The position numbers and the translations under genes are program-made. This document shows, piece after piece, positions 52,329 to 64,000 of a DNA stretch of 64,000 nt (the first letter of the stretch is position 1; each line of letters opens with the position of its first letter). The notes beneath the pieces were generated by a model. The model saw only the letters and a program-made list of their open reading frames with translations. It was not told where the DNA came from and did no database searches. This DNA comes from the human T2T-CHM13v2.0 reference genome, Homo sapiens: NCBI RefSeq assembly GCF_009914755.1, contig NC_060926.1; one strand, written 5' to 3'.

Positions 52329-54254
52329 ATGAACCATGCTATCATGAGCATTCTTATGTACATATGTCTTGATGCACATATGCAAAAAGACAGGATTTTT
52401 ATTTGAAACAAGTGTCCCAGCAACCTTTTGGAGTCTTTCTGCAGCTAAAAATATAGATGATATGGAATGAGGAATTCTCATTCAACTGAACAGAGAGAGC
52501 TTAAAAAATTAAAATTTACAATGTGATTTAAGAGAAAACACCTTAAATCAGAGAATAATCCCTCCACTGCTTCTGATTTTTTTTTATTAACGATATGGCC
52601 TATTATGACTTACTATATGAATAACAATATAGCATGTTTCATATGTGTTTGAAGTTAGATATTATTTCAAATTTGATTTGAATAAAAAACATTATTTCAA
52701 GTTTGAAGTTCAGAAGTTATTTTACTTTTAAGCACTTAAATAGAATATGACTATTAGAAAGAAAATAAGGATACCTTTAGGAAGAGTAACTCTGTAATAC
52801 TCTTTTCTACAGAACGAGTGCTTGAAATTCTATTTTTACAATATGTTTAATGCATGTTTGTGAATGTGGCTCAGAACTGAAACTGCCCAATTTTTCCATT
52901 TTTCTTATTGGTTAGCTTTTCGGTAATTCCTTCCTCTTGTTCATTGAGAGTCATAATAACCATATACAGAAGTGAAAATGTTATAACCAAATTGCATATA
53001 GTAATGGCCTTATTATGTTTATCTACGTTTGACAATGACAGCAATACTACTGATTCTCAAATTGCTTGACCTTGCATTAGCAGTGAGCTTTATTCTCTAT
53101 TCCTACTTGTAGAGTGCATGCAGTTAAGTCCATAAAGGTCCTTTCTACTCCCAACCTCAGCACCCTAAGCCATCTAAGTTAAAGCTGGAAATATAGTGTA
53201 GTGGTATTTATCATGTTCTTTGACCACCCAGAATATTCTATTTTGTAAATTTGGATATAATGCATTAAGAAAAAGTACACAAATAGTAAGTATACAGCTC
53301 AATACATTATTTTGTGAAAATACCTATGTAAGAACTAATGTTGGCAATTAAAGTAAACATGAATAAAACCTTCAAGAAGCCCTCAACATCCCACTTCCAA
53401 GTCACCAAACCCACTATTCCATTAGCAATGTGTGAGATTGTCAGTTGCTCTGCAACTGTGTTATTGTCACCTGTGGTAACAACATATATGGTCTTGTCAG
53501 TCTTTTTCACGTTAGCCATTCTAGTACATATGTGGAGGCATCACATTGTGGTATGAATTTAGAGAAATTCCATGGTGAAATTTGACCTCATAACTGGCTA
53601 GGTCCTCCAAGCCTAATTATCTCGCCATCTCTAAGATTTGGAGAATTACTAAATGTATCTTACTATGTTTAATTTCTACTTAATCTATTTAGAGTGGTTT
53701 CTGTTGTTTTCAACTAAGAATCCCACTCAGGAGAAATAATATGTGATGTTGGAAAGTAACTGAAAAAAAAGAAAAAAACCTGTTTACAGAAAAAATGGCA
53801 GAAAAACAGGAGGTACACACAGAGAAATAAACAGTTTTTTTATGGGTTATTGGAAATGGATAAGGACAGCTTAGGCAATGATATTATCTCTAAATAGCAG
53901 GCGTATTTTCTAACCCCTAAGTTCACTTTTGTAGTGATTCAAATGGAACTTTTGCCAGTCTATATGCTAAAATTTTCAGAAATACATAGGAACCATTTTG
54001 GGAAAGTGAGCAATGGATACAGAGGTTGGTTAAGGAGACGAGTTTGCTCCGAGTATAATATTAAGGAGAGAGAGATCACTAAAAAAAAGAGCAGAAAGAA
54101 ATTGTAAGGATAATTTAGAGAGCTCTACTTTGCATCATGAAATACAGGTGCTTCTTGGCACCTTCAATAATCCTTTGTATTTCCACAAGCAAGGGTCATA
54201 CCATCAACCTGTTTCTCTCTCAGTCTTGTGAAAGGAAATAAGCAATGTTCTAGA

Positions 54255-54420
54255 CCAGGGATTTTCAAATGTAGCTGATCATCAAAATCACCAATTCTAG
54301 TCCTAAATCCTTATATAATTAATTGGAATCTCCATAGGTGGGGGGGTCTGAGAGAAAGGTGTTTTTTTTTTTTTAATCCTCAGATGATTTTGGTGATCAT
54401 ACAGATTTGAGAACTACTGA
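54255..54420. mobile_element. MER5A-like MITE
   Basis: cagggattttcaaa...catcaaaatcacc...cagatgattttggtg...tttgagaactactg. Confidence 0.7.
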
Positions 54421-55159
54421 CATGAACTTCAGTTTATAGAAGTCATGTATTTTATTTCATAACTTAGAGTTTGGGCAAGTTTCTTCTTGAAGAGGAAAAC
54501 AAATAATTTATTCACCCTATCTACAGTCTTAAGGCGAATTTCAATTTTTATATATAAAGAGTTTAACAAAACTGCTTGACTCTAGTGACCATTGGACATT
54601 AGTATTTTCCTATGTTTCTTGATTTATTTCTGAATTTTTATTATATGATTTTTCCAAATTCAAATTTAAAGTAAAAATGTACTGAAGTCAAGGTCAGAAG
54701 TTTTGGATCTGGCTATTATCTCAGCTATTTTCTACCTTTGGGAAAACATATACTATCGTGAGCATCAATTTTCCTAATGTGTTAAATAATAATATTGCCA
54801 GACTTTGTGTGAACCTTATTTGAACATTTCTGTGTGTGTGTACATGTATGCATGCCAAGTTTTAGTTGCACAGAAAGTCAAGCACTAACTTTTTCTTTAC
54901 TTAGGTGACATTGTATTAAAAGTTAGGAGAACTAATATAATACACTTCTCTTGCTTCTCAGTACCCTCACTGTATGACAGGTTGTCAGTATGACACTGTG
55001 TTTACTATTTAATTAGTGTTACATAACAGTTTGCAATTTTTCTCTTCAGTAAATTAATGAAATTATTTTGTCAATGTATCTTGTCTTTATGAAACTATCC
55101 ACACGGTGGTATTACTTTCTTGATTTCTTCTAAAAGCACACCTTTGTTTTTGATGGGTT

Positions 55160-55290
55160 TTATTCATTTGACAAATATTTATTGACTACTCTATTTTTCA
55201 GGCACTGTTCTTGTTTCTGGAGATACAATAGTAAGTACATAGAACAGGTCTCCAGTTTTTGACAGATTTCATTCCAGTAGCTGGAGAATA
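55160..55290 (-). mobile_element. L2 3' end
   Basis: ttattcatttgacaaatatttattgactactc...caggcactgttct...ggagatacaatagt. Confidence 0.7.
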
Positions 55291-56879
55291 ATGTAAATGA
55301 AACAGTATCAATTCATCCATGCCTCATAGAATCTGAGCTGAAATCTATCACAAGTCCCTAAAATTTGGCCATTCACTCTTTTGTTAAACCAACATTTTTA
55401 GCATCAGAAAATAATTATAAAAGTATACAACTCTGGTTTTGTCTGGCACAGTACTGGATAAATTAAAGCCCTGGGGGGCTTTTACCCCATTATTTTTAGT
55501 GAATCTTATTGAAATATAATTTAAAATACACTTAAAAATAATATTTAAAATTCAGTGCAAAAGTCATTGAATTATTGTGGGGGAAAAGCCAATGAGTTTG
55601 TCACACATGAATGTTAAGTAGAAGTCTGGTAATAGCTTATAATAATCAAATACAACTGGTAAATTTCAGGTTAAGTAGAAAATAAGTCTTTCCTATTAGG
55701 CTGCATTGGCACTAAAGGTGGATTGTTTATTAAAAGATAAATGGGTGGGAAAAAGAGCAAAACTTGTTAGAAAAACTACTTGAAATAATGACAGGCAGTA
55801 GAAAGATTTTTCAGTCTCCAACCCTAGGATTCTAGAGCCAAAGCAGAAGAGACGAAGAGTTAGGTTCTGTGAAGGTCCAGCAGGGCTGTGAAAGATCCTA
55901 TGAGAACAGGAACCTTAGAAAATTGGAACAGGATTTAAGTTGGTAGAACAGAGGACAGACTACTGCAAGTCAGAAAATCAGTCATGAAATGAGAAATGAA
56001 TCAATGATTTTGTCAATTAAAATATAGGTAAACTAAAATTTTAAAAATGAAGATGAGGTTAGAAGAGATGGAAAGCCTAGATGGAATGCAGAGAATTATA
56101 CTTGGTAGGAATGAATGTGTTATAGAAGAAGCATCCAGGATATTGCTTCAGACAGCTGTGTGTTTGTGAGCCACTTACACTTGGCTGGGGTATGGTTTTA
56201 ATGACAGTTTCTAGCTGGATTAGGAAAGGGAAAGAAAGTACTGTTGAAGTCTGTTCAGTAATTAACAGGTGTTTATATACACATCATTTTATTCCATCTA
56301 TGTCTTTTATTTTAAATGGAGAATCAAGATTTACAAAGGTTGGGATGAACAGAAGTCTCAGCAAGTTTGTAATAGAGACTAAAATGATCTGACTCCCAGA
56401 CTAGTGTAGTTTTATACACTACTCTGTAGGCCACTTAGCTCTGACTGAGAAGGATTCCACCATTCCCTATTTTCTTTTTTCAATGAGACCATGAACTACT
56501 TCTATTCCGTTTTATTTCACTTTATTTTATTTTGACAAGTCATGCGTAGAAAAAAATACACAAGTCATCCATATCCGGTGTGTAGTTGTATTTATAAAAA
56601 ACTGATATTTCCATCTTTAGTAAAATATTCATTAACAAGCTACTAGAGCCAAAGAAAACTGTTTGTATCTCAGAAGACATGCAGCCATGTGAGATTTATT
56701 GCAAAAACAGGCATTTCTTAGGCTTAATTTTCAAGGCTGGAAAAACTAAAATCATAATGGCAACATGTTAAATGTAAGTGTCGCCATTTTGATTTCTCAC
56801 TCTCATGTCAGCCAAAGATTTGAAGGTGCTTCTTTCTTATAAGAAAAACTTCTCTGATAGGATTATTAATGAGCTGACA

Positions 56880-60050
<3,171 letters not shown>

Positions 60051-61813
60051 AGCGCACGAAAAGTTCAGTAGGCAGCCAAAATGATCTTTGTTCATGTCAG
60101 AGAGGGTTATTTGTTCTGCAGTTGTTTAAATGATGAAGAGAGAGAAAATGTATATTTGTGTGCAGGATGGTCTGAAGTGTTATTAATTTTCTAGGACAAA
60201 TGTGGGGATACAGCTGGTGACCCTGGAAAACAATTCCAATGAAAAGACACTAAAACCAGTCTTGGAGATACTTACTGGCATGGCCTTAAATTGGATTTCT
60301 CCTGCTATTTCATTCTCAGCATGGTTTTCCATGGCAACTATGCTTAAATAGTTCTGCTAGGTGAACAGGTCAATACCATTATAGCCATTTGTCTTTCAGC
60401 TCTTATTTATTATATTAGGAGGACCATATTTTTGTTTGGGAGCCCAATAAAGTTTGGTCAAACTGTCATTATTTCTATTTAAAGATTTTTAAAGTTTTTT
60501 TGCAAGCAAGAAAAAAATTTAAAACTAAGTATAGGTGAGGAATAATTTTTCTTATATAAATTAATAATCAAATTTTGAAGAGGAGAATATAACTTTTAAA
60601 TATAAAAACCTTATTATGTCCCATTAGAGAACAGAAAGTTCTAGGTTTTAAATAGCTTTACAAATCAAATAGTAATGAGAAGTAAAACAGATGACTTTAT
60701 GGAGCTCAACACACTGTTGAATATTTAGTTTTGTTATTGAAGACTATAGATAGAAGATAATGAATCATTAAACTGAAAACATAAACATATTTTTTAATTT
60801 ATGAAATATGGTAATACGTTGATTTTAATTTGGATCCATACTACTCAATAGTGAAAAAAATTATGATGTAATAATATTTTGACTGACAGTGTGAAAGTGG
60901 TGTTCACAAAGTAGCTTTAAACAATGGAAATGTGAATCTACAGAATGGCCTTAAAACTTGGTGCAAGTCTTTCTAGCCCATATGTACTGCTATGTGCCCC
61001 AAGAAGTCACAGACATTTTGCTGCCACTATTTATGTGCCAACAATTTTGGCCACGTATTGAATTGATTTAGCTTTGATTTCATGAAAAAGGAGCTCCATA
61101 ATTGTTAGCGTTAAAAATTATTTAATTTGTAGTTTAAAAAATGCCTTCATTAGATCTTTCTTTCTAAGTCAAATGCTTTTTTGAAGTGGAAATAAAACAG
61201 TTAACATCAATGACTCAATTTAATTTTAATTCTCATGGAAAATACTGTCTGAAATTGCAAACTTTAGAAATCAAATGCCATTAATTCATCACAAAACTGA
61301 GAAAGAATTAAAGCCTAATTATTCATTGAATATTTACTACAGTTCAGAGTTTGGTTTGATTAGCTTATGTTGATTTCCTGGAAAGATAATACAAGTTGAG
61401 GTTTATCTGAGTCCTGAACTTCTGGTTAACGTGGATCACTTCTTCTGAGCATCATCTGAACTTACAAATGTTTAACTGCTACTTAACCATTTATAACAAA
61501 ATAAAGCGGAATTGCTTACTCGGAAGCTAGCGATTTGACACAATATTCTATTTTAAGCCGGCAAATTCCACTTGGGACAACAATTCTGTAAGTCTCAGGG
61601 AGAACCAAACACTTGACTCATGAAAGATGTTAATATTTGAAAATTTTAGCAGGCAGAGATTTCCATGTTTCTGGAAGATGGTGAAGATGGTCAGTCAGCT
61701 TTCACTTCATAGCTACTCTCCCATTTCACTGTATTCAACTGTTTCAAATGGTGTTAGTAACACAAACAAAAATTTAGATGGGGACAACGTGATAAGAGTT
61801 TTTGGTTATATAG

Positions 61814-61898
61814 TCTCTCTCTCTCTCTCTTTCTGTGTGTGTGTGTGTGTCTCTCACACACACACACCACACATACACACACACACTCACAAACACAT
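61814..61898. repeat. Compound (CT)n-(TG)n-(CA)n microsatellite
   Basis: Visible directly. Confidence 0.95.
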
Positions 61899-62817
61899 TG
61901 TGCCATAGATTCTTTGAAGTTTATTGTACCACTACTTTGGGCATGGTGTTTCAATTTTGCCATATCTTCTTATGTATAGAATAAACAATATTAGAGCCCT
62001 TGGAACTAATAATACAAATTTAGAGAGAAGGGGAATAACCTAGTATGTCTTGTACGTGTCATTTCTGCATGATCTATAACTAGACAAAGCCAAATGAGAG
62101 ATGTTGGTCCCACAAATCATTGAATTATGGTTTATTAAAGCAAGCATGCTCTAATCCACAAGGAAATGTAATGACATAAATGTTAATAATTCCATTTACA
62201 TTATGGTACATGAAAGTGAGGCTCTTGATAAAGGGTAGATAAGAGGGTTACTCTCTTCTTCTGTCAAATACTCTTTGTGCACATATTCTATAGATTGGTT
62301 TTCTACCATGAAGGTTTTCCAAAATTGCTGGCCAACCATTATTTTATTGTCTTGCCTGGATTTTCCTGTTTCTGGATCCAACACTTCACAGGAAGCTGTA
62401 TGCTCCTGAATACATTTGACAGTAATATTAATACAGGTCTTAACTGTAACATTGGCAGATGAAGATTTGGAAACCAAAGAAACAAAAGGTGACTCTTGTT
62501 ATTTGCATGTCTGGAAAGTTGACCATCTGTTCATTTCTACTCTGCTAGTTTATGAACTTGTGGTAGTGTAGGTATGGGTATAGTATAGGTTAGCATTTCT
62601 GAATAATGGAATTGAGGCTCACTGTGTCACAACTGTGTTTTGCAAGACATAAACCATTAATGACAGATACATTACTAATAATTGCAAAACCACCTTGAAT
62701 TACAATAACTTACCAGATTATCATTGCAATTATACCATTTTCGCTTGCATTCAGATATCAGTTTTTAAGTGTGAAATATAATATTTAAATTACACCACAA
62801 ACATGAGAAATTGAAGA

Positions 62818-63186
62818 AATTGGTCTAAACCTGGCTACCAAAAGAGGCCTCAGAGTACGGCCTTGCTCCCTTCACCAAAATGATGAAGCAAGAAGGTATC
62901 ATCTATGAACCAGACAAGAGGCCTTCATCAGACCTTGAATCTGCTGGTAGCTTGATCTTAAGTTTCTCAGCCTGTAGAACTATAAGAAATAAATTTATGT
63001 TGTTTATAAGCTACTCAATCTGTGATATTTCACTATTTTTATAAGAGTACTTATCCTATTCATGAGAGCTGCCCTTATCACCTGGTCATATCCTAAAAGT
63101 CCCCACTTCCTAATACCATAACCTTGGGAGTTAGGATTCCAACATACTAATTTTGGGGTTAGGGGAACAGACATTAAGTCCATAGC
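62818..63186 (-). mobile_element. MST/MLT1A-type MaLR solo LTR with an internal inversion
   Basis: 63036-63186 is the antisense 5' half (ends cattaagtccatagca). 62841-63035 is the sense 3' half. 62818-62840 resembles the antisense 3' terminus. Confidence 0.85.
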
Positions 63187-63524
63187 ATTACATATGTAAC
63201 TACAGATAATATAGATTATGTGTATGTGTGTGTATAGGCTTATCTGTATAAATATATCACAGATAAAATAGACCGAAAAATCAACATTTCTATTGATCAT
63301 AGCCCTTTCACTACTGACCACATTGTATATAAATCTATTAACCTGATAATCTTCCCATTAATGTAAGTAAACAACTTGAAACTGAGGGCTATGCATTGAG
63401 TTTTCAGTGATTTATAGTGTGGCTGCCATTTTGCAAGCTTGGTCAAATAAATGCATGATGATTTGATACTCAGGTATTTATTTTTTCAATATCATATACA
63501 GATAAGGAAAATTCTAAGGCTGCA

Positions 63525-64000
63525 TGTGATACTACTCCTCTATTTGTCCTTCTAAATAGAGTATCTGCATTTCTCCCCTCTGTTCTATGCTCCAGGAGGC
63601 TGAACTCTATGGAGTACATGAGCAGGCTTGTTAACATGCCAGCTTCAAGTTGAATTTGGTCTGTGGGGAACTCTAGCAGGAGATCGGTGGTGGGGAGGAG
63701 AGTGGGGTCAGGAAACTTATTACACTAACTCGCTCCAGTAGCTCTGACATTGACTGCTGGAATTCCTAACTGAAGATCACAGCTCTGTCAGGTGGCTAGC
63801 TCCTTCTCTCTCTTTAGCTCTCTCCCTGTCTTCAGGGCCTGGTAACAAGTCTCTATTTCCAACTCATCAGGCCTGAAGACATTGGTGGTGCTCAGCTCCT
63901 TGATGTTATTGGCCTAGTAACCTGCAGTCTCTTGAACTCTCCCTTAAACATGCACACACTTTTCTAAACAGTTCTTTATTAAATGCTCTTTAAATTATCC
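63525..64000 (+). mobile_element. LTR33-like solo LTR, running off the window end
   Basis: ctccaggaggctgaactctatgga...cagcttcaagttgaatttgg...gcaggagatcggtggtggggaggagagtggggtcagg...ctttattaaa. Confidence 0.7.

Overview
This is primate (human-like) nuclear genomic DNA: AT-rich, CpG-depleted, LINE-rich and Alu-poor. It looks intergenic or deep-intronic. I can support no intact protein-coding gene, structural RNA gene or CRISPR array. The long ORFs are broken LINE-1 ORF1/ORF2, Tigger1 transposase, or a PPIA (cyclophilin A) processed pseudogene. The window is a layered archive of mobile DNA: Tigger1 with a nested twin-primed L1, several L1PA/L1M copies, Alus, solo LTRs (THE1, MER34, MLT1, MLT2, MST, LTR33), and MER5/MER58/MER2, MIR and L2 relics. 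Family names come from remembered consensus sequences, not from a search. I found no convincing new biological system. The most notable signals are rearrangement scars: (i) a ~195-bp micro-inversion inside an MST-type LTR; (ii) a templated-insertion junction truncating an MLT2 LTR; (iii) an L1 5' half (promoter plus ORF1) cut at the ORF2 start against a perfect 18-bp palindrome; (iv) a trimeric Alu formed by in-situ arm duplication. A few candidate enhancers and cryptic exons lie in unique sequence.
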